A stretch of DNA of 64,000 nt from Monocercomonoides exilis PA203 (taxonomy: Eukaryota; Protista; Preaxostyla): the NCBI GenBank assembly GCA_001643675.2, contig LSRY02000001.1, positions 1,364,001 through 1,428,000 of the forward strand. Direction: 5' to 3'. The notes under the pieces were generated by a model, which saw nothing but the letters and a program-made list of their open reading frames with translations, did no database searches and was not told the origin of the DNA. Positions 1 to 12,412 of this stretch are shown piece after piece. The translations under genes and the position numbers were made by a program. Numbering within the stretch: the first letter of the stretch is position 1; the number at the start of each line of letters is the position of its first letter.

Positions 1-3000
1 TATTGTTTTTTCCACAACAATACATGTGTTGCAGGAGGGCATGATGTTGCTCTCCATGATTCTACTGAAAACAACATTGATCCAAGTTGTCACACAACAA
101 GGAAAACAACAAATATTGTGAGTACTAACTACTACACAGTTATGGATAAAAGCGAATGGCTTCGTAACGAAGGTGGAAGAGTGAGATATGTCTCATCGGA
201 ACAAATATGGCCGAATGCCAAAGATGCATTTGCATGTGGAATAAATGAATCTCATCCATGCGGCACTATCAGCCATTGCTTGACTCAACTTATTCCAGGA
301 TATGTGACCGAAATCGAAGTTTTTTCAGGAATTATTTTCGAAACAAATAGTTTTGATTGTGGAGTCAACACTTTTACTGTTTATGGTCAAAGCAATATGA
401 GCACAGCAATCCATACAGAATTTGAAACATCTGGGTTGTCTCTGTTTTCAGTCTCAACAGGCACATTGACTGTCAGGGACTTTGTTCTTGTGCATGACTC
501 GGCTCATCCGAATAACCGTGGGTCAAGGCTGTTTGAGATAAGTGGAGCAGGAGAAATGAGGATCAACAGACTGAACATATCTTTTGGGAGCGGACAATCA
601 GCAGAAACAGCTTTTTCGACAGAACTGATAAATGTCCAGAATGGGATGTTGCAGATGGAACATGTGAACTGGGCAAAGACGATTTCCACAAATTCACTGT
701 TTTCGCTTTCTTCAACAAATGAGATTTCAATGACACTTTCAGAATGTGCCTTTGATGGGATTGAGAGAACAACGAGCGGAGCAGCAGTGATGTCGTTTTC
801 GAATAACAAGGCAAACATTGTTGTGAATTCGAGCACTTTTGAAGGATGTGGAAGCACAACATCAGAAAATGGAGGATCGATGATGCTGTGTGTTGGGAAT
901 GGAAATGAAGTGAAAGTGAAAGGTGGATCTTTTGGGGAATGCTTTTGCTCAGCAACAGATGGACTTGGGGGAGGAATTCTTCTTCGATTGTTGACTGAAA
1001 ACCCAGATTTCCAGATTTCTTCCTCATTTGGATCAAACACAGCCAAATGTGGGAATGATATCTTTCTAATTTCACCAAATCTGGAAAAAACAGCAAAATC
1101 AGAAAACATCACATGTGTGACAGCCTCTTTGGATTCTGTTGAGAAGGTGAGAGGATATGACAATGGAAATACAACTTTGGCTATCCCTCTGTGCATCTAT
1201 CTCCTCCCTATTCCAGAAGAAATATATGTGAGCAATTCTGAGGCATCCAATCACTCACATTGCGGAATTGTCCAATTCCCATGTTTGACAATGAAGCACT
1301 CCCTCGCACGGTTGACAGGAGAAAAGAAAGTTGTTGTGAATGGAATGATTATGATGAGTGATGAATTGGCCTTGAAAGAAAAGAAACATGAAATCCGAGG
1401 AAATGATGATGAAAGTGGTTGGACAGTCTCTGATTCAAGTGAGACATCCAATTCAGCGATGATTTCAGCAAATGTTGAAACAGAATTAACAAAACTCATC
1501 TTTTCTTTTCCATCTTCCCTTCCTCTTCACTCCACTTTCATTTCTTCTTCATCATCATCAATGACTCTGTCTCAATGTTCGCTTTCTCTTCAAAATCCAT
1601 CATCAGAATTGACATTTCTGTTCTTGTCTGTTGAGTCAGGGATCCTGATAATCGACAAATTCTCAGCTTCATCGGTTGATTTGAGGAGAAATCCGCTGAT
1701 TTCATTGTCTGGAAGCGGAACAAATACCGAGTCAATGAGCACTCTGTGGTTGAACATGACGAACAGCAATTTCACAAAAATCAAAAGAACTGCTGGAAAT
1801 GGAGGGTGTGTGAGCATTGACAATAGCAATGATGAAAATACAAATACACAAATAAATATTGAAGAATGTGTTTTTGATGGATGTTCTGTGGTGGATGATG
1901 GAAGCAGAGGAGGGGCTGTTAATGTTCAGTTGAAGTGGAATATTCAAATGAGTATTATTTCATGCACATTCACAGGATGCACAGCACCAGCTGGAGAAGA
2001 GAAGATTGGCTTTGGGGGAGGAATGGCGCTGAAGCTGATTGATGATGATTCTTCATTTGTGATTTCATCCCCTGTTTTTGATTTCGAAAAACCTAATGCT
2101 GCGACATATGGAAATGACCTGTTTGTTGAATCATCGAATCTGACAAAGAGCATTACAAACACCTCTCTTCCATTTGTATCTGGGCATCTGGCAGATATTT
2201 CATTGAATTCTTTGAGTGGCTTTGACGGAAATGATTCAACGAATGCCATTCCATTGATCTATTTTTGGCGAACATTTGGCTCAGAGATAGTTGTCAGTGA
2301 TGATGGAAAAGATGTGTGCATTTGTGGTCTTTCAGATTATCCTTGTCTGTCAATAGATCATTCATATTCGAGATTGCCTGACGAAAATGAAAGGAGAATA
2401 AACATCATTGGAAAGGCGATTCTGAAGAAAAGCGTAAAACTCAGTGATACTTCAATCAAATCAGACGACGAAGAAATGCGCACTTTGGTATCTGCTTCAT
2501 CTCTAAAAGGAGCAGAAGGAGCAGCAATGAAGATTTGTGGCATAACCAATTTCGAGCTGATCAAGTTTGTGATTCCTTCTTCATTCATGAGTGGAGTGAA
2601 TGTTTTGATACATGTTGGCTCAAACGAAGGTTTGTTGACTGTGAAAGATTGTTCGTTCACAAAAAATGAAGAAAGCAGAGAAGACATAATCAACTTTGGG
2701 CTGATCAAGGCAGAAGGAGGGACAGTTGTGTTGGAATTGGTGACGATGCAATTGTTGAGCTTTTCGCAGGATGTTATTTCTGTGCTGTCAACAACAGTGC
2801 TGAATGTGAAAAATCTGACGATGAAGAATATCGAGTTGGAGGGAGCAAGTGGATTGAGCATATCAAAGAGTTCAAGAAGAGAGACAAATGAAGAGGAACA
2901 AGATATTGTTATTGAGTGGAGTTTGTTTGAAGAAGTCATCCAGAACACAACAGAAAACATCTCGATTATTCGAAATGAAAATGATGAGCCATTGAAAATA

Positions 3001-6000
3001 GTGATTCGGAACACAACGATGAAGAGATGCGGAGGGTTGAAGTGTGGAAATGGAGGAGGGATGTTTTGTGAGTTGAATGAGGGAGGAAGTTTTGAGTGCT
3101 CATTTTGCACCATTTCTGAGTGCTTCTGCTCCACCACAGGAAGAGGTGGGTGGCTGTTTCTGGAATGCACCTCGACAGCTGATAAGCCACTGAATTTTGT
3201 GCTGTCGAATATCACGTTCAGAGACAACTCTGCATTGAGAGGGAGAGATGTGTATGTTCGATGCCACTCAATAGATACACAAATTGTTGATGAGCAGTTC
3301 TTGCTGGATTTCAGAGCACCATTTGTGAAAGAGCTGGCAATGTGGGGATGCACAACAGACTCCTTTGTTGGAGAAGAAGATCTTCTGCTGAGAGTCGTGA
3401 AATACCAGAGCGAGACGATATTTGTGTCTTCTGTTGAAGGCAATTACACAAACAGCAAGCAATGTGGAGAGTTCAATATGCCTTGTGAGTCGTTGAATCA
3501 GGGAGTGCAACACATTATTCCATCATCATATTCTCAGCTGTTGGTATCAGAGGAAACAGTCATGAATGGGGAATGCGAAGCAAAGGATATGAATATCCAC
3601 TCGTTGCAATTTCCTTCAACTGCTTTTGTTCATCTAAACTCAACAATTAATATCAACGAGGGAAATCTCATCACAACATCAGAGAATGTTCGGATTGAGA
3701 GATTGAAATTCAACTTTGGTCAGTTATTTTCATATTCAGGCATTTCAATCATTCACGAAGCAAATGGTCATCTTTCTCTTTCATTTGTTGATTTCTCTTC
3801 GATTGGCCAATCAGAAAACATAGGAGCAGTCGTTCTGAATTCAACATTGTTGAGCATTGAAAGTGGAATTCTTCATGTTGACAACTGCTCAATATCAATG
3901 CTTTCATTCAAGAAGCCTTCATTTTTGTTAAATGGAGATGAGGTTTCAATCACAAATATGAAACTGGAACAAATTGAATCAACAACAGTTGTGTTTGAGA
4001 TTGGACAATGTGGAAGTGTTGTATTTAATGGAGTGTCTGCAGATGGAGTAAAATTGTCTGAAGGTTGCATTATTCATACTAGCGATTCATCTTCGAATTC
4101 AATTTCAATTGGAATCTCTTCATTCAACAACTGTTCGAGGAATTCAAAAGGAGCTTCTGTCCTTTCAGTTTCTTCAACTTCTGCTCAAATAAATCTTTTC
4201 AATTGCTCTTGCTTTGATTGCAATTTTCTCTCTGATAAAGGAAGTATTGTTGAGTTGCATAATACAAATGATATTTCGATGCAAATGTGTGAATTTGAAG
4301 GAATTCTTTCAAAAGAAAGTGAAAATGAGAGAAATAATAACTTTGAAGAAATATGCAAATGGAATGGATCACTTGTTCATTCATCAAATTCTTCATTGAT
4401 GATGAAGGATGTGATTATTTCGAATTCGTCGTCAGGTGGATTGTCAGTGTCTGCTGGAGATGTGACAATTGAGAAAGGAGAGTTCATTGACAACAATCCA
4501 TTCATCGAAAAATATCCCTCTCTTCGTCGAAACATAATTTGTTCAGATTCTGCATCACTGACCATTTCGAGTTTGAAAGGGGGAGATGGAGTAAAGGATA
4601 ATTCTTCATTTTGGATTTTGAATGAAGGATGTGATTTGAGAGGGATAGCAGGAGAAAGGTCATCTCCATTTTTCATTCCCAAACTGGAAGATGCTTCAGT
4701 GAATGAGAATGACAGAGATATTATTTTAAAATTCAAGGGATCCCTTTTTATGCCATGTGATTTGTCATTCAAACTTGTGTTTAAAACAGGGGATGTGGAG
4801 TTGGTTGAGACTTATCAGTTTGAGGAAGACAGTTTTGTATCAGAAACAGAAGTGATTGGAAGAATTCCATCAGAAAATATATCAAAGGTTGCAGATGAAA
4901 CAGAGGTGTCAGTGATGATATTGTGTGGAAAGCAATTGGCTGCAACTTCTCCACAGATACTGAAGAACAAAACCGAATCAAAGACTGGAAATGATAAAGT
5001 TGTGGAAAGAGGAAAAGAAGGAAAACCTTATTGGTTGTTGATTGTGATTGTGCTTGTTGTGATATTATTGATTGTTCTAATTATATCAATTATTTCAACA
5101 GTTAGATGGAGAAAAGCAAAGAATGAAGCAGAAGATCTGAGAGAGATAGTGAACGATAACATCAGAAAAGATCCGAAGGCATTTGAAATGGTGACAATGG
5201 AGATGTCACCTGAGGTGCAGTGGAGAAGAGCAGAGAAAGAGGCAGAGAAGAAGAATGAGGATCGGGTAAAGAAGAGGGTGTATGAGAAAAGCTTGGGACA
5301 TTCTGAGTCATCAGAGCATTTGTTGAGTGAGAGCGGATCGACAGAATACATCTTGGGGAAAGATTCAGATAAGATCCCTGATTGGGTGTTGGAAAAGGAG
5401 GAGGAAGAGGTGAGAAAGAGATCTCCTTCACCTTCCATTTCATCCACTTCAACCACTTCAACGACTGATTCAAATTCAACATTTGTTCGGGGTGAGGATC
5501 TGTGCCCAACCACATCATCAATGTCGAATCTGGTGGATGCAATGGCCTGTTCATCTCCACATGAGAAGTTGATTGTTGATCTGAGGGATTCATTGTTCAT
5601 GCTTCTTCATGGAAGCAACAAGACAAAGGAGATGCCGATTGGCTCCTTGAAGGAGAGAGAACATACAGCTGCTCAGATCCTGTTCTGGGTGGCAAATCTC
5701 GCACTCCACTCGTTTGATGAGATGGAAAACAAGCTTCAGTCACTTGCGAATCTGAGCCCGCACATTGTGCTATTCTCTGAGCATATGGTTATCTGCATTG
5801 CAATGCATTCAGACTGCTCATCAGATGATTCCGATTCATCATCGATCTCTTCATTAACTGTTGTGACATCTGCCAGTGATGATAGCGAAGACTCTCTGCC
5901 CTCGTCAGCGTTTGAAGACGACGACGATATCAGAAAAGAGTGCTTGAGGTGGAAGGCACCAGAACTGTTGACCAACAAGAAGATGGGAGCAACAAAGGAA

Positions 6001-6357
6001 TCAGTTGCATTCTCGATTGGGATGATGCTGTGGGAGTGTCTGACACTGGAGATCCCATTTGATGAGTATGAGAGTGAGGTGGCAGGCCAGAAGATTGTGA
6101 ATGGTGAAAGACCAAATTTTGAAAGAATAAACACATCCTCAATGGAGAATATTGCCAAGTGCTGCTTGTTAGGAAGTGCCTCTCAGAGGATGACTTTGGT
6201 TTTGCTGAAGCGCGAGTTCATCCAGCGCTTCCCTCCAGGTGCTGCTTTACTGACAATGTCCGATGCTGTCGAATGCTATAGCGGTTGCTGTGGAGAAAGC
6301 GAACGCGCTAGAGATTCAGAAAGCAGAAGTGAGCAGGAAAATTTGAGTTTATTGTGA
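1..6357 (+). CDS. Giant single-pass membrane protein: Cys/Gly-rich repetitive (beta-helix-like) ectodomain, TM helix and degenerate kinase-like C-terminal domain; 5'-partial
   Basis: The frame is open from base 1; the track start at 118 is only a GTG. There are four CGxxxx(x)PC modules with GGG/GxDxF motifs, a hydrophobic helix YWLLIVIVLVVILLIVLIISIISTV at 5029-5103 followed by RWRK, and the kinase C-lobe motifs LRWKAPE (APE 5956-5964), FSIGMMLWECLTLEIPF and GERP. Confidence 0.85.
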   Translation, partial: YCFFHNNTCVAGGHDVALHDSTENNIDPSCHTTRKTTNIVSTNYYTVMDKSEWLRNEGGRVRYVSSEQIWPNAKDAFACGINESHPCGTISHCLTQLIPGYVTEIEVFSGIIFETNSFDCGVNTFTVYGQSNMSTAIHTEFETSGLSLFSVSTGTLTVRDFVLVHDSAHPNNRGSRLFEISGAGEMRINRLNISFGSGQSAETAFSTELINVQNGMLQMEHVNWAKTISTNSLFSLSSTNEISMTLSECAFDGIERTTSGAAVMSFSNNKANIVVNSSTFEGCGSTTSENGGSMMLCVGNGNEVKVKGGSFGECFCSATDGLGGGILLRLLTENPDFQISSSFGSNTAKCGNDIFLISPNLEKTAKSENITCVTASLDSVEKVRGYDNGNTTLAIPLCIYLLPIPEEIYVSNSEASNHSHCGIVQFPCLTMKHSLARLTGEKKVVVNGMIMMSDELALKEKKHEIRGNDDESGWTVSDSSETSNSAMISANVETELTKLIFSFPSSLPLHSTFISSSSSSMTLSQCSLSLQNPSSELTFLFLSVESGILIIDKFSASSVDLRRNPLISLSGSGTNTESMSTLWLNMTNSNFTKIKRTAGNGGCVSIDNSNDENTNTQINIEECVFDGCSVVDDGSRGGAVNVQLKWNIQMSIISCTFTGCTAPAGEEKIGFGGGMALKLIDDDSSFVISSPVFDFEKPNAATYGNDLFVESSNLTKSITNTSLPFVSGHLADISLNSLSGFDGNDSTNAIPLIYFWRTFGSEIVVSDDGKDVCICGLSDYPCLSIDHSYSRLPDENERRINIIGKAILKKSVKLSDTSIKSDDEEMRTLVSASSLKGAEGAAMKICGITNFELIKFVIPSSFMSGVNVLIHVGSNEGLLTVKDCSFTKNEESREDIINFGLIKAEGGTVVLELVTMQLLSFSQDVISVLSTTVLNVKNLTMKNIELEGASGLSISKSSRRETNEEEQDIVIEWSLFEEVIQNTTENISIIRNENDEPLKIVIRNTTMKRCGGLKCGNGGGMFCELNEGGSFECSFCTISECFCSTTGRGGWLFLECTSTADKPLNFVLSNITFRDNSALRGRDVYVRCHSIDTQIVDEQFLLDFRAPFVKELAMWGCTTDSFVGEEDLLLRVVKYQSETIFVSSVEGNYTNSKQCGEFNMPCESLNQGVQHIIPSSYSQLLVSEETVMNGECEAKDMNIHSLQFPSTAFVHLNSTININEGNLITTSENVRIERLKFNFGQLFSYSGISIIHEANGHLSLSFVDFSSIGQSENIGAVVLNSTLLSIESGILHVDNCSISMLSFKKPSFLLNGDEVSITNMKLEQIESTTVVFEIGQCGSVVFNGVSADGVKLSEGCIIHTSDSSSNSISIGISSFNNCSRNSKGASVLSVSSTSAQINLFNCSCFDCNFLSDKGSIVELHNTNDISMQMCEFEGILSKESENERNNNFEEICKWNGSLVHSSNSSLMMKDVIISNSSSGGLSVSAGDVTIEKGEFIDNNPFIEKYPSLRRNIICSDSASLTISSLKGGDGVKDNSSFWILNEGCDLRGIAGERSSPFFIPKLEDASVNENDRDIILKFKGSLFMPCDLSFKLVFKTGDVELVETYQFEEDSFVSETEVIGRIPSENISKVADETEVSVMILCGKQLAATSPQILKNKTESKTGNDKVVERGKEGKPYWLLIVIVLVVILLIVLIISIISTVRWRKAKNEAEDLREIVNDNIRKDPKAFEMVTMEMSPEVQWRRAEKEAEKKNEDRVKKRVYEKSLGHSESSEHLLSESGSTEYILGKDSDKIPDWVLEKEEEEVRKRSPSPSISSTSTTSTTDSNSTFVRGEDLCPTTSSMSNLVDAMACSSPHEKLIVDLRDSLFMLLHGSNKTKEMPIGSLKEREHTAAQILFWVANLALHSFDEMENKLQSLANLSPHIVLFSEHMVICIAMHSDCSSDDSDSSSISSLTVVTSASDDSEDSLPSSAFEDDDDIRKECLRWKAPELLTNKKMGATKESVAFSIGMMLWECLTLEIPFDEYESEVAGQKIVNGERPNFERINTSSMENIAKCCLLGSASQRMTLVLLKREFIQRFPPGAALLTMSDAVECYSGCCGESERARDSESRSEQENLSLL

Positions 6358-8845
6358 AAATGAATTATAATCATTTTGTTTTTTCGACCTCACATATCCG
6401 GTTGTACTTGTGAAGAAGGATTGCGATATAAATATTCATGTCTTTGTCTTTCTATCGAATCGTTTGAATTCTCAAACGGATGCTCGTCTGCACAGATATT
6501 AAGGTATTTGCCTCATTGAAGCAGCGGATATTAGTCAGCACTTGATCAGTTTCAGGAAAAAATTGATATTCTTTGATTTCCCCTTCATATAGTAGCTTTT
6601 CGTTATTGTTGAAAAATTGTTTTCTTCTTAAAGAAATGCGTTCAATAAATCAAGTTCAATAGGTACTTCGAGCAATTTGAATATGGATTAAAATCTGTTT
6701 TCTTTTTTTTAATTATCCTTTTTGTGAGATAGTTTATTGAATGTTTGAGTTGTCAGTATGCTCCATCATTTTCATATGATTTGCTATGAACGTGATAGTA
6801 GCTCTGCTGTTTTAAATGAACAATTGCTTGAAAATAAATGTAATCTGATGATTTCAATTAACCTATTCAGTATTTTTGTTTTTTCTTTGTAATCCCAGAA
6901 AGATATTGATGAAGCAGTTATTTTGTATTATTTATGAGGTAATTATTCTGAAAGAATGAGTTTTCAGTTAATTTCCGTGGCAATGCTTTTCTCCGAAAAT
7001 TGTTGGATTTCCGCAGATTCAAATACTTCATAAAAGTTTTGGCATTGAAGTCATCACAATTTCATGATTTTCTTTTTTTGATCAATTTTTCCTTTGTGGC
7101 ACTCATGTACAAAGGATAAACAAAGAATTGGCTTTATCCAAAAAATTTTTGATCTTTATTGTTTTTGATCTTGCCTTTTTCCTTGTTAATTGTTCAACCC
7201 GCATGTGTATATTCATGTAACTCCTTCATATTTGTATTTCAATGCTTTTATTCAAAATTCATTTAATTTTTCTCTGCAATCACAAAATTCTTGAAAAGGA
7301 ACAAAAAATTTTTTTTCTATTTCATCATAGGTTGATGCTAGATCAGAATAATGAGATAAATATATTTCCACTGCAAATCAACGGACTTTGTTCGTATTTC
7401 CAAAATTTGAGTGTCAAAATATTCAATGTTGAACTTTTCCTTCAATTCAAAAAACCAACGAATAAATAACTCTAATAGCATCAAAAACAAACTGTAATCA
7501 GCCATTCGAAGCCTGAGACTTCGTGTATAAAGGTTGAAAAAATTCGAGCATTCTATCATTGGATAATGCAAAGTCCAAATTTTTATTTGTGTGATATTGG
7601 GTCAGTGACTTTTTTCAATTCGTTAAAAACAGATCTTCAATGCAAATTATTAACAAAAGTCAAATGAATAAATAATTCAAACAAAAATTGCAACAATTTC
7701 TGCAAAACAACTTCAAAAGCTTTTCTCTTAAAAAGAAATACGCTCTTCCATGAACAAGAACAAAACCTGATCAAAAGAAGGCTGGTCCTTTTCTCAGAAA
7801 AAAATAAAAACACTCCAAAACAATTAACAGCTCATGAGTTTTTCTCCCGATTATTGTTCAAATTATTTGTTATTGCTCAGAAAAGAGTAAAATTCTATTC
7901 ATTCAAATTGCATCTCTGGTTTTTGTTCAAATCTTATTGAAGCATTGATGATGCTCCTCGTTTATTTCTGCAATCACAATTTGTGAAATTGTCAAAAACA
8001 ATAAAGAATTTGAAAATTCAATTATCATATATGAAGAGAGAAAATTGGAAAAATAATTTTTCTAATCGTTTTTTGCAATTCTTTGTTTTATCGAAAAATA
8101 AAATGAATGAAGGATTTAACTTTTGATCAAGATAAAGATAAAGAAGCAAAAAACGAGGCGTTAAACGAGAAGTTATCGACGAAAAAAGTTTTCGACAAAG
8201 AAACAGAAACTTAATCCAATGATGTTTAGGATGAGTTGGATTGCGCTGAAGGAAAAAATTGACAAATTTTGTATTTTCTACAATCAGCGTATCCAAAATC
8301 AGAAAAGAAATCGATGAATAAAGAACCAACTCAATGATGAAAATTTTTGTTCAATTGCTTTCGATGATGATTTGCTTAAAGTCACCCACATATCCTCAAT
8401 GAAAAGTCGAGAATCCAAATAATATTTTATAACTATTTCTTATTTGTCATCTTTCATTTTGAAATCATTCGATATTTATTTTCAAAAAAATTTTTTTTAA
8501 ATTTTTTTCAGTGAAAATAAATGAAAATATATACTTTAAATACAATGATAGTACATATATGATAGTTATTAATTACTCAATTGAAAAACTTCGAAAGATT
8601 GAAATACTCAAATGATCAAGACATCCCTTATAATAATTTTAGCTATTTGATGAATCTTTGCTTTTCTCCATATTTTCTTGCCTAAAAGCCAATACAAGAA
8701 AGAATGGTATGAGTAATAAATCTTGCGCATCTGCCATCAGTTTTTGAATTTCAACCTTTCCTTCTCTTTTTTATTCCTTATTTTTTCAATGAATGGATTA
8801 TAATAAACTTTTTTTGTTCACATTGCTTTCATGAAAATATAGGAG

Positions 8846-10270
8846 ATGATAGATGCTGAACAGGTTTTTGGTGCGTGCTTTTGATTTATTCAAGGGATTG
8901 AAACTGCTTTTTATTTTTTGATTTTTTAAAGAAATGTTTCCCGACCTGGATTTTGCCGAAGAAGATCGAAGATTGCTGAAAGAAGAAATGAATGGAATGC
9001 TAAATGATATGGACAAAGAAGAATTGAAGCAATTTTTCTCGAAAGAAGAATTTGATGAAAATTACAAATTGATTGAATTAAACAAATATCCTTTTGAAAA
9101 AGCCCTTATGTTGCTGAAGCATATTGGACATAAAAATGCGAAAAAACCAACAAAGCGCCAATTTTTTACAAACGCTTTTTTGAAGAAAAGATTTGGAAGA
9201 GTAATTCTGGAAGAGGGAAAGAAAAAGGAAGAAAAGGATGAGAAACTGTTGATTGATCTTTGTGAATGTTGCTTATTTTGGTGTGAAAGATTTGATCCAA
9301 CCATCGATGGTTTACTGGTAATTTGCGTGCCTTGCCTTCTGAAAGTTGCGTTAAACAAGGAGGAAAGCAAAGAAGCGCAAAAAGAAATTGAATATGCTTT
9401 ACTGGCTTTGAGTGGCTTTTGCGAAGAACCTGTATGAACGTCTTTCTTCATTCTCTATAATGTGCATCAGTTTATTTATTTATTTTTTTCATTTGCTGCT
9501 CGGAATGATAGAAAATGCCAGAAGAATTGTATTCGAATGAAATCAAAGAGATTATTCAACACCATCAAAAGCATCACAATCTTACGCGACTTGCCTATCA
9601 GTCTGCTTGGCAGTTTTTGTATTGTCGAAAATTCGATAAACGAGAAACGGAAGAGGCAATAATGAACGAGCTGCATTTTGTGAGAGAAGCAATAAGTGAG
9701 TTGGAAGAGCTGATGGGATGCATTGATTGGAAGAGCAAAGAAGAAGATGGAAGAGGAAAAGAAAGAGAAGAAGTGATCACTTTGATTAGGTGGCTCCAAA
9801 CACTTGAGTCCCTTTTTTTGTGCAGATCGTGGAATGAAGAGCATGCCGAGCTTATCAGAAGTGTTGCGAGAGTGTATCTGGCATCAAAGGATAGTCACAG
9901 AGATGTAAGCTATTGGTGTATTGATTCGTTTAGATGTTCAGCATATAACAGAGCTGTGAATATTAATGAACTGCTGAAAAATGGAGCTATTGAGCTTGTT
10001 TTATCGGAAATGAACTGTTTGCACGATGAATATTCAACGATTAATAGTTGCGAGCCATTTATTAGAAATCTTTGCGAAAGATTAAATGAGAAGATGGAAG
10101 GTGAAAGCGATGAAAAGAAAAGAAAAGAGACGAAAAAAAAAGTACTCGAAAATTTAGAGGAGGATGGATATGAGGATTGCATTATCATGTTGCGTCATTA
10201 CAAAACAAAGGGGATATTAGGTGAATATTGTATGTTTTTTAAAATTGAAAACTATTTTCTTTGTTGCTGA
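8846..10270 (+). CDS. Lineage-specific helical (ARM-like) family protein, paralog 1, 3 exons
   Basis: ATG at 8846. GT-AG introns 8871-8931 and 9432-9511 join ORFs 8934-9437 and 9515-10270 in frame. The motif HHNLTRLAYQSAWQFL is shared with two neighbours. Confidence 0.75.
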
Positions 10271-11920
10271 ATCGCATGATTATTTCATTCGCTTCATTTT
10301 TTATTTTAACAAATTCTTTTCATTTGACTTTATGTTAGCCATTTGTTAACTTTTTTCTTTTTAAGCGAATTTGCATCATTATTTTTCTCAATGCAACTTC
10401 GCTTGCTGTTTCATTGGGCTTTTAAGTTTTTATGTTCGAATAGTTGAGTTTGGCTAAAGTTTAATTTTTCTTTGTTTTCTTTTTTTTTTCCTTCTCCATC
10501 TTTTTCATCTGCCTTTTAATCATAAATCGAATGTGTTACAAAATTACCTCCATTATTCCTTTTTCTTGTTTATTGTTGTTTATTTTTCTTGGAGATGTCT
10601 TGGCATTTGCCCTTTCAATTTTGTTGTTTGTTAATAATTTATATATTTCATTTCTGCTAAAAGAGTTTTGTTGGAAGATGAATCAATGTTATTATTTGTC
10701 AATTTCATTTTTTTGTCTTTTTCCTCCCTATGAACTGCACTACAAGAATTATACAAAAATTATTCACTCACAAATTGGAAAATGTTTCTCGCTTTCAAAT
10801 CTTTTTCTGAATCATAGTCAAAGAAATATGCACATTGATTAAACAGCTTTTCAAATTCTCATAATATTCCTTCTGGTTTCACATTTATTTAACACTTTTC
10901 ATCATTCTGTTCATTTAACAAAATTTTTTAATTTGTAATTTTTGCTTTTTCAAGAAAAATTTATCACTTCAACAATATACTCGCAAACATCCACTTTATC
11001 ATGGAAAATAAAATGATTGAAACAGAAATGAAAATCAAAGCACAGATTCTTTTTCAAGAGATATTTTCCCCCTCTGAATTGATAAATAGATAGAATACAA
11101 TTTTCTGCTTTTTCAAATCTGGAATGCCTCCAGATTCATCTGCTTCAGCTTCCGCTCTGCTTCCATCTGCCTTTTAAACAGCTTTGTGGATGCTATCTCG
11201 TTGACTGAATGACTCTGCACAGAGATAGAGAAGTGGAGAAGGTGGGTGAAGTCTTCCAAGCATTACAGAAGATGGTTGGCTGAGGACTGTCCCATAGAGT
11301 CTGACAGGAGCGCAGTCATCTCTTCATCTTCTGTCCCCGCCAAACACAATTTCTTTATCAATGTTCAATGTGCTCTATCTGTTCTGCTTGCATCCTCTTT
11401 AACTTTCTTCCACCTCTTTGAATGCTGCATTTGATAAAAGGGAAATTTTTCCTTTTAGTCCAAATATATTCAGCAACGAGATAACTTCCCTTCTTCTGAA
11501 TCTATCCAGTCTTTCTACTTCAAATAAAACCCATCAGCATCAACAACATGATAGTTATTGTTGTTGTTGTCATCATCAACAACGTCATTCAACACAAGCC
11601 TTTTATCCTGCTCCCCATTCAGCATCTTCTTCTTCACTTGCCCCATCGTCTTCGCTTGCTTCTCAACCTCCTTCCAGTTCCACTCATCCTCCTCACTCAT
11701 CAGTTGCTTCGTGCGCTTCAGCGGAATCAGCAGCAGAGAAGATGGCTCATCGAAGCCTTTTTATTCTGCCATATCTCCTTTGCCGTCAACCGTAATGCAT
11801 GCATTTGCTTTCATTCTTTCGCATTCAAATGGATTTGAAGCAGAATTTGAGTTGATGGAAAGGAGGAGGAAGATGAAGAAGGAAAAAGAAGAAGAGGAAG
11901 AAGAAGAAAGAGGAGGAGAA

Positions 11921-12316
11921 GAAGGAAAAGAAGGAAAAGAAGGAAAAGAAGGAAAAGAAGGAAAAGAAGGAAAAGAAGGAAAAGAAGGAAAAGAAGGAAA
12001 AGAAGGAAAAGAAGGAAAAGAAGGAAAAGAAGGAAAAGAAGGAAAAGAAGGAAAAGAAGGAAAAGAAGGAAAAGAAGGAAAAGAAGGAAAAGAAGGAAAA
12101 GAAGGAAAAGAAGGAAAAGAAGGAAAAGAAGGAAAAGAAGGAAAAGAAGGAAAAGAAGGAAAAGAAGGAAAAGAAGGAAAAGAAGGAAAAGAAGGAAAAG
12201 AAGGAAAAGAAGGAAAAGAAGGAAAAGAAGGAAAAGAAGGAAAAGAAGGAAAAGAAGGAAAAGAAGGAAAAGAAGGAAAAGAAGGAAAAGAAGGAAAAGA
12301 AGGAAAAGAAGGAAAA
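11921..12316 (+). repeat. Perfect tandem repeat (GAAGGAAAA)x44
   Basis: 396 bp of uninterrupted 9-mer inside a purine-only tract of about 11875-12321. Confidence 0.97.
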
Positions 12317-12370
12317 GAAGATACATAAACAATTGGTGATTGAAGCAATGGTGAATGAGAAGATGAATTA

Positions 12371-12372
12371 AA

Positions 12373-12412
<40 letters not shown>

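Noticed and set aside
504-6158. Many minus-strand ORFs inside the giant gene, and similar ones inside SF3B3, clathrin and myotubularin
   Set aside because: Antisense or alternate-frame shadows of long coding sequence and trinucleotide repeats; no independent motifs.
11921-12316. Possible CRISPR or telomeric array
   Set aside because: No spacers, not a TTAGGG-like unit, and internal location.
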